Below are positions 13,235-26,779 of a DNA stretch of 64,000 nucleotides, one piece after another. A program made the position numbers and the translations under genes. The DNA comes from the human T2T-CHM13v2.0 reference genome, Homo sapiens. Under the pieces are notes generated by a model, which searched no databases, was not told where the DNA came from, and worked only from the letters and a program-made list of their open reading frames with translations. Each line of letters starts with the position of its first letter. Position 1 is the first letter of the stretch. The stretch lies in NCBI RefSeq assembly GCF_009914755.1, contig NC_060928.1. One strand, 5' to 3'.

Positions 13235-16200
13235 ATTTTTTAATGGATACATAAAATTTTACATCTTTGTAGGGTACATGTGATATTTTGTTACATGCAT
13301 AGAATGTGTAGTTATCAATTATCAAATTATCAAGTGCTCATCCCTTTGAGTATTTATCATTTCTATATATTGGAACAATTCAAGTCCCCTATTCTAGATA
13401 CTTAGAAATATAAAATACATTGTTAACTATAGTTACTCTAATCTGCTGTTAAACAATAGAACTTATTATGCTTTTTTTAAGTTGTAACTTATGCCTTCTA
13501 TGTAGCTGTATCTTTGCACCTGTTAATCTACCTCTCTTTATCCCCTCACTTCCCCACCCACCCTTCCAAGCCTCTACTATCTATCATTCTACTTTCTACC
13601 TTAAGGTCAACTTTTTTACCTCCTACATATGAGTGAGAACAAGAAATATTTGTCTTTATGTGCCTGGGTTAATTCACTTAATGTAATGAGCTCTAATTCC
13701 ATCCATATTGCTGAAAAGGAAATAACTTTATTCTTTTTTATGGCCAACTAGTATTCCATTGTGTATATATACCACATTTTCTTTATCCATTCATCTATTG
13801 ATAAACACTTAGGTTGATTTCATATCTTTGCTATTGTGAATAGTGCTGTGTTAAACTTGCAGATGCAGGTATCCCTTTGATATACTGATTTCTTATTCTT
13901 TGGATAGATAGTAGGGAAATTGCTGGGTTGTATGGTAGTTTTGTTTTTAGTTTTTTGAGAAATCTACATATGGTTTTCCATAGTAGTTGTACTAATTTAC
14001 ATTTTTACTATGGTGTACAAAATTTCTCTTTTTTTCTACATTATTACCAGAATCTGTTATTTTGTCTTTCCATTAATAGACATTTTAACTGAGCTAAGAT
14101 AATACCTCATTGTAGCTTTGATTTGCATTTTTCTCATTACTAGTGATGCTGAGCTTTTTTCCATATACTTGTTAGCCATTTGTATGTCTTCTTTTGAGAA
14201 TTGTCTATTTGTGTCTTTTGCCCTCTTGTTAATGGTATTTTTGTTGTTGAGCTGTTTGAGTTTCTTGTATATTCTGGATGTTAGACCTTTGTTGGATGAG
14301 TAAATTGCAACTCCTTTCTTCCACTCAACAGGTTGTTTCTTCATTCTGCTGATTGTTTCCTTTGGTCTGTGGAATATTTTTAGTTATTATGGTACCACTT
14401 ATCTATTTTTTTGTTCCAGTCGTCTGTGATTTTGAGGTATTAGCGAAAAAACCTTTGCCTAGATCAATGTTCTGAAGTATTTTCCTCATGTTTTCTTTAG
14501 TAGTTTTGTAGTTCGGGGTCTTATATTTAAGTTTTTAACTCATCTTCAGTTGATTTTTATAGAGGGTGAAAGATAGGCATCCAGTGTCATTCTGCTTACG
14601 GATATACAATTTTCCCGGTACCATTTGTTAAAGAATGTGTTCTTTCCCCCGTATATGTTCTTGGTGACATTGTCAAGTCAAATGGTTGTAAATATATGAA
14701 TTTATTTTTGAGTTCTCTATTGCATTTCATTTGTCCTTGTATCTATTTTTATACCAATACCATGCTGTTTTGGTTACTATAGCCTTGTAATATATTTTAA
14801 AGTCAGGTAGTATGATGACTTCACCTTTGTTCTTTTTGCTCAGGATTGCTTTGGCTATTTGGGCTGTTTTTTAGTTCCATGCAAATTTTAGGATTGTTTT
14901 TACTATTTCTGTAAAAAATAATGTTGGTATTTTGATAGGTATTGAATTCAATCTATATATTGTTTTGTGCAGTATGATCTGTGAGTATGGGATGCCTTTC
15001 CATTTGTTTATGTCTTCTTCAACTTCTTTCATGGATGTTTTACAGTTTTCCTTTTATCAGTCTCTCAGTTCTTTAAATTTATTCCTAGGTATTTCAGTTT
15101 ATTTTATTTTTATAGCTATTGTAAATGGGATTGCTTTCTTGATTTCTTTTTTAGCTATTTCATTACTGGTGTATATAAACAGTTCCTGATTTTTTGTATG
15201 TTGATTCTATATCCTGAAAACTTACTGAATTTGCCTATCAGCTCTAAGAGTTTATTGGTTGAGTCTTTTTTTCTAAATATGAGATTATGTCATCTGTAAA
15301 GATGAACAATTTGACTTTCTCTGTTCCAAATTGGATGTCTTTTATTTCTTTCTCTTGTCTGATTGCTCTGGCTGGAACTTCCAGTGATATGTTGAATAGA
15401 AGTAGTGAAAGTAGGCATTCTTACCTTGTTCCAGTTCTTAGAGGAGAGGCTTTCATCTCTTTCCTGTGCAGTATGATGTTATCTGTGGGTTTCTAATTCT
15501 AACATCATATCTCTCAATATGGCCTTTACTATTTTGAGGTATATTCCTTCTATGCCTAGTTTGTTGAGAATTTCTATTATGAAAGGATGTTGAATTTTAT
15601 CAAATGATTTTTCTGTGTCTACTGAAGTGATCATATGGTTTTAGTCCTTAATTGTGTTGGTATAGTATATCACATTTATTGATTTGCATTAACCATCCTT
15701 GCATCCTTGGTATAAATCACATTTGATCATATTCTATTATCTTTCTGATGTGCTGTTAAATTTGGCTTGCTAGTATTTTGTCAAGGATTATTTTATCTTT
15801 GCTCTTCAGGGATATTGACCTGTAGTTTTCTCTTTTTGTTGTGTCTTTGTCTGGTTTTGGTATCAGGGTAATGCTGTCCTTATAGAATGAGTTAGGGTTA
15901 ATTTTCTGTTCTTTATTTTTTTTTTGGAATAGTTTTCAGAGAATTGGTATCAGTTTATAATATATTTGGTAGAAGTTAGCAGTGAATCCATCTAGTCCTG
16001 GGCTTTTCTTTATTGGGAGAATTTTTATCACTGATTTAATCTCACTACTCATTATTGGTCTGTTCAGGTTTTATATTTCTTCCTAGTTCAGTCTTGGTAG
16101 ATTGCATTTTTCAATACGTTGTCCATTTCCTCTAGGTTTTCCAGTTTGATAGTGTATAGTTGTTCATAATAGTATCTGATGATCGTTTTTATTTCTGTGG

Positions 16201-18455
16201 TATCAGTTGTAATCTCTGTTTTCATTTCTGATTTTTTTATTTGGCTTTTTTCTCTTCCCTTCTTGGTTAGTCTAGCTAATGGTTTATTAATTTTATTTAT
16301 ATTTTCAAAGAGCCAACTTTTAGTCTTGCTATTTTTTTACATTTTTATGTCTTTATTTTGTTTAGTTCTACTCTAATCGTTATTATTTATTTTCTTCTAC
16401 TAATTTGGGGTTTGGTTTGTTCTTGCTTTTCTACTTATTTGTTGTACATCATTAGATTGTTTATTTGAAATATTTCTACTATTATGATGTAGGCATTTAT
16501 GGCTATAACTATCCCTCATAGTACTGATTTTGCTTTACCCACAGGTTTCGTTATGTTTCCATTTTTATTTGTTTCAATAAATTGTTTGATTTCTATCTTA
16601 ATTTATTCATTGACACAGTGGTCATTTAGGAACATGTTGCTTAATTTTCATGTATTTGTAGAGTTTCCAAAGTTCCTCATGGTATTAACTTCTCATTTTA
16701 TTTCATTGGGTCTTAGAAAATTCTTGATAAGGTTTTGATATTTGAAAACTTGTTGAAACTTGTTTTGAAGCCTAACATATGGCGTATCCTGAAAAATATT
16801 CCATGTGCTGATGAGAAGAATGTATATTCTGCAGTTATTGGATAAATGTTCTACAAATGTGTTAGATCCACTTAGTCTAACATTCAGTTGAAATCCAATA
16901 TTTCTTTTTTGATTTTCTGTCATGATGATCTAATTCTGGGAGTGGGGTGTTGAAATCCACCATTATTATTATATTAGTCTATCTTTCTTTAGATCTAGTA
17001 ATATTTGCATTATGAACCTGTGTGCTCCAGTGTTGGGTACATATATACTTAGAGTTGGTAAATTCTATTGCTGGGTTGATACCTTAGTCATTACATAATG
17101 ACCATCTTTGTCTGTTTTTACTGTTTTTGACATAAAGTCTGTTTTATTTGATGTAGCTCTTGCTTGTTTTGGGTTTCTATTTACATGGAAGATATTTTTC
17201 CGTTCTTTTACTTTCAGTCTATATGTGTCTTTACAAGTAAAGTATGTTTCTGGTAGGCAGCATAGAGATGGATCATGCTTTTTTTTTTTTAATCCATGCA
17301 GCTAGTCTATATACTTTAAGTGGAGAATTTAATCCATTTACATTTAAAGTTATATTGATATGTGAGGTTTTGTTTCTGTCATATCGTTAATTGTTTTCTG
17401 GTTGTTTTGTATACTCTATTCCTTTTTTTTTTCTCTTATTGTTTGTCATTGTGGTTTTATGTAGTGGTACCATTTTAGCCTTTCTCTTCCTCATTTGAGT
17501 GTTTGCTTTACTACTGAGATTTATACTTTTGTGTGTTTTAATGGTGGCAAATGTCATTTTTGCACTTCCAGGCTTATGACTCCCTTCAACATTTCTTGTA
17601 GGACTAGTTTAAAGAACAACCTTTAAACTCAGTGGTGATGAATTCCTTTAGCTTTTCCTCATCTCAGAAAGACTTAATTTCTTCCTAATTTATGAAGGAT
17701 AATCTTTCTGACTATACTACCCTAGGCTGGAAGTTTTTTCTTTCAGTACTGTGAATATATCATCTCAGTCTCTCTTGACCTGTAACATTTCTGCTGTGAC
17801 ATCTGCTGTTAGTCTAGTGGGGGTTCCTTTACAGGCAGCTAGATATTACTCTCTTACTATTTTTAGAAATTTCTCTTGGTTTTTGACTTTAGACAGTTTG
17901 AATATAATGTGCTGTAAAGACCTTTTAGTATTGTATCTCTTTGGAGATCTCATAACTTCCTGTATCTAGATGTCTAAATCACTTGCTATTGTTGGGGAGT
18001 TCCCATCTATTATTTTTAAAATAGATTTTCCAATCATCTCATTTTTATTTTTGCCTTCTGAGACCCCAATAATTCAAATATTTTATGGGTCCCACATGTT
18101 ACGATGGCTTTGGTAATTCCTTTTTATTATTTTCTAAAGTTTTTGTCTTGCAAAATTATTTTAAAATATCTGTTTTCAATTTCTGAGATTCTTCCACAGT
18201 CAACCCCTGAGAGTCTGTCAGTTACATTTTTTCTCCCTGTACTGGGGAGTCTCTGTTAGCCTTCAGCTGATCTCAGCCAAACAGGCTGCCTCACTTCCTT
18301 ATCCTTTTTGCTGTACGTATTTCCTGTCATTTTTCTGTTGAACTCCAGTGTTCTCTCTTGGATGATCTATTTGTGATTATCTACTCGCCGTTTTAGTTTT
18401 TCTTAGGGAGGAGGAGAGTATGAAATGTCTTTAGTCATTCATCTTGAAGCTCCTT
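13235..18455 (-). mobile_element. L1MA (L1MA3/4-like): originally full-length, internally deleted, ORFs dead
   Basis: Antisense L1MA 3'UTR at 13235. Continuous decayed ORF2 and ORF1 (peptide KQPVEWKK..IYKKLKQLN..KEDIQMANKYM). An L1M 5' terminus ('agtcattcatcttgaagctcc') at about 18450 is joined on near 18195. Confidence 0.88.
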
Positions 18456-18459
18456 TCTC

Positions 18460-19330
18460 ATAATGTTGTTTTAAAAGCAAGAGTAGAAATTTCCATTTCT
18501 TTGTTGGCATGAAGTGGGGGCACACTCGGGGACATATTCAGAGAAATGGTAATAACATCAGTGTAAAATTTATAAGCATAAGTACAAGTTAAAACACCAG
18601 GAAGACTAGAATATACAGGAGGAGGAAGGGCATTTCAGGAAGAAAAAATGATGTGTGAAAAGAGCAACTTTGTATACATATTAGGGAGTGGAGGTCCAAG
18701 AAAGCTGCCTAGCTATGTTACAGGAGACATACAGGGAAATGGTTGGAAATGAAGTTGTATGCATAGAAAAATAGAAAGGAGCCAGATGATGATGGATCTT
18801 ACCTGCAAAACTAAAGAGGTTAGAATTTTCTGGAAGACAATAGAGATTCATCAAAGTACTTTAAGCAGAGGAGAAACAATTAGACTTTTTTTAAATATAG
18901 TGATGGCCTTGGATAATTATGGGAGAAGAGTGCGTATGGAGGCTAAGAAGGCATTTGAAGGATGCTGGTAGAAATATCAATTAAGGTCCTAGAATCTGAG
19001 AGGAGAGGGGTCATATCTGAGAAAGTCTTAAAAGTAAGACTTCACACAAATCAGTGACTGATAGTATATGAGATACAAGGAAGAAGAGTGCATGTAAGAT
19101 AATTTTGACGTCTTTAGTCTGAGTGACCTGTTGGGTTGTGGTACTATTCACTATAAATGAAAACTTAAAAGATGAGTATGCTTGAGGAAATGATGCTTTA
19201 TACAGAAATGTTGAGTTTGTGGTGTTAGATAACTCCCAAGAGAAGTTATGAGGTAATTAAAAATAAATGACTTAAGTAGGTGAAACTTAGGATAGAGGTT
19301 TAGGATGCCAGTGATAGAGATTTAGGCAGT
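18460..19330 (-). mobile_element. L2 fragment between the two L1s
   Basis: Purine-rich antisense L2 ('ggagccagatgatgatggatctt...actttaagcagagg...gttgagtttgtggtg'). It appears continuous with pieces at 13155-13225 and 25890-26240. Confidence 0.6.
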
Positions 19331-19334
19331 GTTT

Positions 19335-22300
19335 TTTCTTTCCAAGATGGCAGATTGGAGGCAGTGTTAGCATGCCTCTGCCACTTAGAAAAACAAAATA
19401 GTGTAGACATTCACGTTGTGAACTTTTTTCCAAGAAGCAAGGCAGAAATGTAATGGGAAAACTGAAAGAAATTGCAGACTCTTTGAAAAAAGTGGCAAGC
19501 TATAGCCTACACTGTGATCCAGGGGATAAACTATAAGTCCCCAAAGCATGAGATGGAGAAAGGCTGCCTCTAGGATATACAGCCCCACTGGGGAAGCTGG
19601 CAATCCAGGCCACTGGGAAAGGCCTTAATCCTACCCAGTGCTAGAACTAATTTAGGGAGTGTGGAGAATTTGCAAGTAGAAGAAGCAGAGGGAAGAGTCT
19701 TGCGTGCTTTCCCAGTCTCTATCACAGATCAAGGGAAATCATTACTGATTCTACATCATAGGGGACCTCCAAGAAGTCTGCTAGCTAGCACAGGCAGTGG
19801 TTGCAGGTTGAGAGAAGCTTCCAACTGAAATGTGTGATATAATATCGAGTAGAAAAAAACTCCCTTGGCCAGAACCAGGTGGCTGGTGGAAAGTGTGCTG
19901 CAGCCATGAGTGCAGGAGCTTGGTGCTCTGGGAGAGGGGGTGACCTGAAAGCTGTGGTTGCTATCTCCACAAGGAAGACTTATGGTCTGGGACAGTTTGG
20001 GGTTCTGAGTGTAGACTCTGTGGAACTTAGCTAGCTGCTCCTAGTGGAACTCTGCAAGTGTGAGACCTGCCTTGCCAAATATATGGGAGCAAGGTGGGGC
20101 TTACTGCCACCTGCGACTCTCCACTGTGTGTGCAAACTCTTCTATGCAGCAGAGGCAGATATGTTTCTCCCAGGAACATTACCATAGTGCCAAGAGAACT
20201 AACTTCTTATCCCCACAGGGGCTGCTGCTTGCCCCACATGTGGAGAGCCAGAGCACGGACCTGCCTGACCCAGCCCCAACCTGGCTTTGCCCCTTCACTC
20301 CCTTTGGTAGCTTAACACAAATGAAAGCAACTTTGGGGAACTCTATAACCCTTCCCACTGCCTGAGAAACCAGAGTACCTCCCCTGGGTAACATAAGGCA
20401 AGCACAAATCCCACTGCTACTACCACAGCTGGCCCTCTTTTGCAAGTCTCATCTCCTGGCTGGAGGACAACCAACATAGTCCATTATGGCATCTGCAGGT
20501 AGATAGCACTGCACCCAGGAAAGAGAAAATTTATACATGACCTCAGCTATCACCATTGCCTCTACCACCTTAGCTAACCAGGAGGTCCTGAGTCTTTCCA
20601 CATGACTAGTTCATTACTATGACAACCACCATTTGAGAAAGTCAACACACTGAGGCTATTAAATAACCATGGAATCTCACAGACTTCATCAGTCTCCTGC
20701 CACTCCCATCAGAGCTGGTGCTGGTACCCAGTGCTGGGAGACTTGAGGACAGGTCACATTACTGGATCCCTTGCAGACATTCTCCAGCACCAGCCTAGAG
20801 TGAGGCAGTCCTATTGGGCTGCTAAACCCAGAGGAGCAGCATCATTCGCAGTAGTCTGGGTCTCAGGGACTCTCCTAGTTTAGGAGAGTCTCCTAGTCTA
20901 GGAGTCCCTAAAAAGCAGACTACTGTGAATGTTGATCAAGGGACCACCCTGTGGGACAAAAGAATCTAAATGGCAAGTCTTGAATTCCACATATTTCCGT
21001 GGTGGGAAGTTTCTTTCAGCAGAGATACAGTTGCAGTGCTGGGCTCAGTGGAGAAAGCCTGCAGCTCTACCCCAACAGTCAGGCAGCCATGGTGTTTATG
21101 AAATGTCATGAAGAAGGGAACATCTTTTCTCCCTCATCCACCACTGCAGACACAGCTGGGGCTTCTCCCATGGGGGCTTGGCATAAGTGCACCTATAGAC
21201 AGCCTTTCTGGAACACTCCAGGGTGACTGCATGCCCACAGGAGGACCACTCTCCAGGTTTAGGCTTGCGCAAGAGGCAGAGTCACAACTCCTCTCTACTT
21301 AGAACACCAACATTCTTGGAGATGAAAAGTGATGCCTGTCTGATCTGAATAGCTAGAAAATTTGGTCAGGAGAGTGTCTGAGATGTGTATCACTTTCCTG
21401 CTGGCCTGGCAGAAGGGCTGAGGTGGTCCCTACTCTTCTCTTGATAATACTTCAGTGCATTTCACTGAGAGCTCCTCCAGCCGCCTCTGTCAAGGCTGGG
21501 ACCTCTGCCCACCATTGCATATTGCATTTAGCCACCTGCTTTAGCTACAATTAGTTTCTACCCAGGGATACCCCCACTACTGGCCTGAAGCCTGGAACTA
21601 TTCAACTCAGTAAATAAAATACTGGAGAAAAAATAAATAAAAAAGAACACACCACAAGGGAATTATGTAAGTTTCAAGAGGCGTCTGCCCTTCCAGCTCC
21701 ATAGGAGGTAGTGAACTTGTTCACACGCTAGGCACATTGCTACTACAATCAGCATCTGAAGAAGCCATTATACAAAGACTCTCTATAACCAAGGAACTCA
21801 AACATACTGTTCACCCTTGAAAGCATCAAGAGCTGAATTAAGCTACAACAAACTATGAGTAATAAAGTCACATCCTTAAAGGGGAAAAATAAATTTAAAA
21901 AACACAGTTAAATAAAAAAATAAATTCAAGAATAATTAGAAGAAATAGTCTTCTAATGAGAAGAAATCAGAAAAATAATTCAGGTAATATTACAAAACAA
22001 AGTTCTATAACACCCTTGAAATATCACACTAGCTCTCTAGCAATTGATCCAACCTGAGGTAAAAATCTTTGAAATACCAGAAAAATAATTCAAAAAGTTG
22101 ATTATGATGCTCCTCAAGGAGATACCAAACAAAAGTGAAAACCATAAATAAATTTAAAAAACAATTAAATATATAAACAAAAATTTTTCTAAAGAGAAAT
22201 ATATTTTAAAGAAAAACCAATCAGAAATTCTAAAATGGAAAGACATATTTATGAAATTACAAAATGCAGTGGAGAGTTTTGACGATAGACTAAAATAAGT

Positions 22301-25300
22301 AAAATAAAAAATTTCAGAACTTGAACACAAGCCTTTCAAATTAACCCAATGAGACAAAAATAAAGAATCCAAATAAATGAACAAAGTTTCCAGGAAATAT
22401 GACATTATGTAGAACAGCCAAACCTAAGAGTAATTTGTTTTTCTAAGGGAGAAAAGAAAACAAGAAGTTTGGAAAATTTATTTGAGGAAATAATTAAGAA
22501 AACCTCCCCTGTTCTTGATGGAGATATAAATATCTAAATACCTAAAGCTCAAAGAACACTTGGAAGATTCACTGCAAAAAGAACATCACTAAGGCATATA
22601 GTCATCAAGTTATCTAAAGTCAATGTGAAGGAAAGTATTCTAAGAGCAGTAAGACAAAAGCATCAGGTAACCTGTAAAGAAAAACTTGTCACGCTAACAG
22701 CAGACTTCTCAGCAGAAACCTTACAGGCAAGAAGGGACTGGGGTTTTTTTCTTTAGCATCCTTACATAAAATAGTTGTTAGACAAGAATTTTTGTATCCA
22801 GCAAAACTAAATAAATGAAGGAGAAATAAAGTCATTTTCAGACAAACAAATGCTGAGGGCATTTGTCACTACCAGACCTTCCCTACAGGAAATACTAAAA
22901 ATAGGTCTAAATCTTGAAACAAACATTTGATATGCACCAGAATAGAACTTCTTGAAAGAATAAAACTCGCAGGGCTCATAAAACAATAAGGCAATGAAGA
23001 AAACAAGGAAGGCATAATGATTGGAACAGTACCTCACCTCACATCTCAATATTAACATTGAATGTAAACATCCTAAATGCTCCACTTGAAAGATGCAGAT
23101 TGGCAGAATGGACAAAAAACAAAACAAAACAAAGCAAGTATCTGCTGTCTTCAAGAGACTCACTAACATGTAAGATTCATTTAAGCTCAATGTAAAGGAG
23201 GAGAAAAAGATATTTCATGAAAATGAAAACCAAAAGCAAGCAGGAGTACCTATTCTTACATCTGATAAAACAGACTTTAAAGCAACAACAGAAAAAAAAA
23301 CCCAAAGATTATTATATAAAGATGATAAAAGGGCCAATTCAACAAGGGATATTGCAATCCTAAATTTATATGTACCTAACACTGGAGCTTCCAGATTCAT
23401 GCAACGATTACTCCTAGACCTAAGAAATGAGATAGACAGCAACACAATAATAGTGGGGAACTTCAACACTGGACTGATGGGACTAGAAAGATAATCAAGA
23501 TGGAAAGTCAACAATGAAACAATAGACTTAAACTACACTCTAGAACAAATGGCCTAACAGATACATACAGAACATTCTACCCAGGAACTGCAGGATATAC
23601 ATTATTTTCATCAGCACAAGGAACATTCTCCAGTATAGACCATCTGATAGGCCACAAAACAAGTCTCAGGAAATTTTTTAAAATTGAAATCATGTCAGCT
23701 ATCTTCTCAGACCACAGTGGAATAAAACTAGAAATCAACTCCAAAAGGAACCCTTAAAACTATACAAATACATAAAAATTAAACAATCTCCCCTGAATAA
23801 GTTTTGGGTTAACAGTGAAATCAAGATAAAAATTTTAATAATTACTTGAAATGAATGATAATAGTGACACAAGTATCAAAACCTCTGGGATATGGCCAAA
23901 GCAGTGCTAAGAGGAAAGTTTATAGTACTAAATGCCTACATCAAAAAGTCCAAAATTGATAACATAATGTCACACTTCAAGGAACTAGAGAAACAAAAAC
24001 AAACTAAACCCAAAGTTAGCAGAAGAAAAGAAATAACAAAGATCAGAGCAGAACTAAGTAAATTTGAAACAAAAAATAAAAAAGGTCAATGTAACCTTTG
24101 AAATTAAATAGCTGATTCATTGAAAAGATAAAATTGTTAGACTGTCAGCCAGATTAACCAAGAAAAGATTCATATAAGCTCAATTAGAAATGAAACTAGT
24201 AACATTACAACTGACACCACAGAAATACAAAAGATCATTTGTGACTAGTATGAACACCTTCATGCACACAAACTAGAAAATCTAGAGGAAATGGATAAAT
24301 TCCTGAAAACATACAGCCCTCCTAGATTAAATCGGGAAATAGAAACTCTAAACAGACCAATAATAAGCAGTGAGATTGAATCAGTAATTTAAAAATTGCC
24401 AGAAAAAAAGCCGAGAACCAGATGGAGTCACAGCTGAATTCTACCAGATATTCAAAGAATTGGTACCAATCCTACTGAAACTATTCCAAAAGATTTAGAT
24501 AGAGAGAATTATCCCTAACTTATTCCATAAAGCCACTATCACCCTGATACCAAAACCAGGAAATAATATAATAAAAAAGAAAACTACAGACCAATATCCC
24601 TGATGAACAGAGATGCAAAAATCCTCAACAAAATACTAGCTTACCAAATCCAACAGTACATCAAAAAGATAATGCATCATGATCAAGTGTGTTTCATTCC
24701 AGGAATGCAGACATTGTTTGACATACTCAAGTCAACAAATGTGACACATCAAGTAAACAGAATTAAGAAACAAAACCCATATGATCATCTCAATAGATGG
24801 AGAAAAAGTATTCAAAATCCAGCATCCCTTTATGATAAAAACTCTCAACAAACCAGGTATAAAAGGGACATCTCTTTTACAATGGCAGCAAAAATAAAAT
24901 AAAATACCTAGGAATACACTTAACCAAGGAGGTGGAGGATCTCTATAAGGAGAACTACAAAACACTGTTGAAAGAAATCATAGATGACACAAGCAAATGG
25001 AAACACATCCCATGCTCATAGATTGGAAGAACCAATATCATGGAAATGACTATATTGCCCAAAGCAATCTACATGTTCAATGCAATTCCTATCAAAATAC
25101 CAACATCATTTTTCACAGAATTAAAAAAAACAATTTTAAAATTCATATGGAACCAAAAAGAGCCCAAATAGCCAAAGCAATCCTAAGCAAAATTAAAACC
25201 TGGAGGCATCGCATTAACGAACTTCAAATTATACTGCAAGGCTATAGGTACCAAAACCGCATGGTACTGATGTAAAACTAGACACATAGACCAATGGAAC

Positions 25301-25890
25301 AGAATAGAGAACGTGCAAATAAAGCCAAATAGTTACAATCAATTGATCTTTGATAAAGCATACAAAAACAGAAATTGGGGAAATGGCACTCTATTTAATA
25401 AATGGTTCTGGAAAAACTGGATAGCCACAGGTTGAAGAATAAAACTTGATCCCTGTCTCTTACCTTATACAAAAATCCACTCATAATGGATCAGTTTGAA
25501 TCTAAAACCTGAAACCATAAAAATTCTAGAAGATAACCCAGGAAAATCTCTCCTGACATTGGGCCTAAGCAAATAATTCGTGACTAAGACTTGCTTTTGA
25601 AAGCAAGTGCAACAAAAACAAAAATAAATAAATGGGACCTAATTAAACTAAAAAGCTCCTGTACAGCAAAAGAATTAATCATCAGAGTAAACAGGCAACC
25701 CATAGAATGGGAGAAAATATTTGCAAAGTATGCATCTGACAAAGGACTACATATCCAGAATCTTCAAGGAACTTAAACAAACCAGAAAACAAACAAACAA
25801 ACAAACAAATAATCCCATCAAAAAGTGGGCAAATGAATAGGGAGTCTTTACCCATTTATTCTAAGTGAAGTAACTCAGGAATGGAAAATT
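19335..25890 (+). mobile_element. L1PB-family element with long 5'UTR and decayed ORF1/ORF2; RT core deleted and 3' end missing
   Basis: 5' start 'ccaagatggcagattggaggcagtgttagcatg'. ORF2 peptides [43 protein letters not shown] and [12 protein letters not shown]. No 3'UTR or poly(A) is present. Confidence 0.9.
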
Positions 25891-26240
25891 GCTGATTTTG
25901 AGGAAATTGCCACTTCTATTTATTACTTGGGAAGTGAAATTCTTGTTATGTTTGAGGGAGTTAGGCAAAGGAGTAGGAGGGCTAAGGAACACAGAAAATA
26001 TCTGTAATGGCCACTGTGAGGAATGAAGAGTGATCCAGGGACATGTGAAAGAACTATTGAAAGGAATTGAAGTTCAGCTGAGTACAGAGAACATATATTT
26101 GCAGTGGTGTGATTTCCTCCAGAAGGGTTCAGCAAGATTACATAGGAGGTATATATTTTAATTTATACTAGTTGGGGACTTTTATGGGAGTTGAAGTTCT
26201 TGAGAAAGAATGGTTCAAATAATACAGCATGAGATCTAGA
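25890..26240 (-). mobile_element. L2 fragment
   Basis: 'aatggccactgtgaggaatg...ttcagctgag...gcagtggtgtgatttcctccag' is antisense L2 ORF-like sequence. Confidence 0.55.
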
Positions 26241-26242
26241 CT

Positions 26243-26779
26243 TGTGTTTCAGTTATCTATTGCTGCATAACAAACAACTGGTAAACTTAATGGCTTAAAG
26301 CAACCTATTTCTTTTTCTTTTTTTCTCATGCTCAGTAATTCAGGCAAGGCTCAGCTGGACAGTTCTTCTGCTCTGAGTAGTGTCACTGGGGTTATTCACT
26401 CAGCTGCGTTCAGGTGAACCTAGATTGGGCTGGAAGATCTGTAAAAAATTCATTCTCTTGTCTGACGTCTCATTGCTCCCCAACATAGTCTTTCTCTGTC
26501 TTTTTCTCTCTCTTTCTCCCTCTTTGCTTTGCTTTCCCATCTCTCTTTCTCTACACATTATATTTCATCATTTAAGAATCTAGCCCTAGCTTCTTTATAG
26601 CATAGAAGCTGGCTTCCCTAGAGAATAATGTCCCTTCTGCACTTTCCATTAATAACAATTCCAGCCCAGTTTCAAAGAGAATTATAGAAATAGGATTCAC
26701 CACTTGATCAGAGGATTGACCTACATATACAGGGGAGAGGACAATCAGTGACAGCCATATTTGGAGACTACCCACCACA
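26243..26779 (-). mobile_element. MLT1 (MaLR) solo LTR
   Basis: Begins 'tgtgtttcagttatctattgctgcataacaaac..ggcttaaagcaac' and ends 'ggagactacccaccaca'. Confidence 0.8.

Noticed and set aside
19785-21302. GC-richer stretch with several overlapping ORFs, suggesting a promoter or gene
   Set aside because: It is the L1PB 5'UTR; it is CpG-depleted and not a CpG island.
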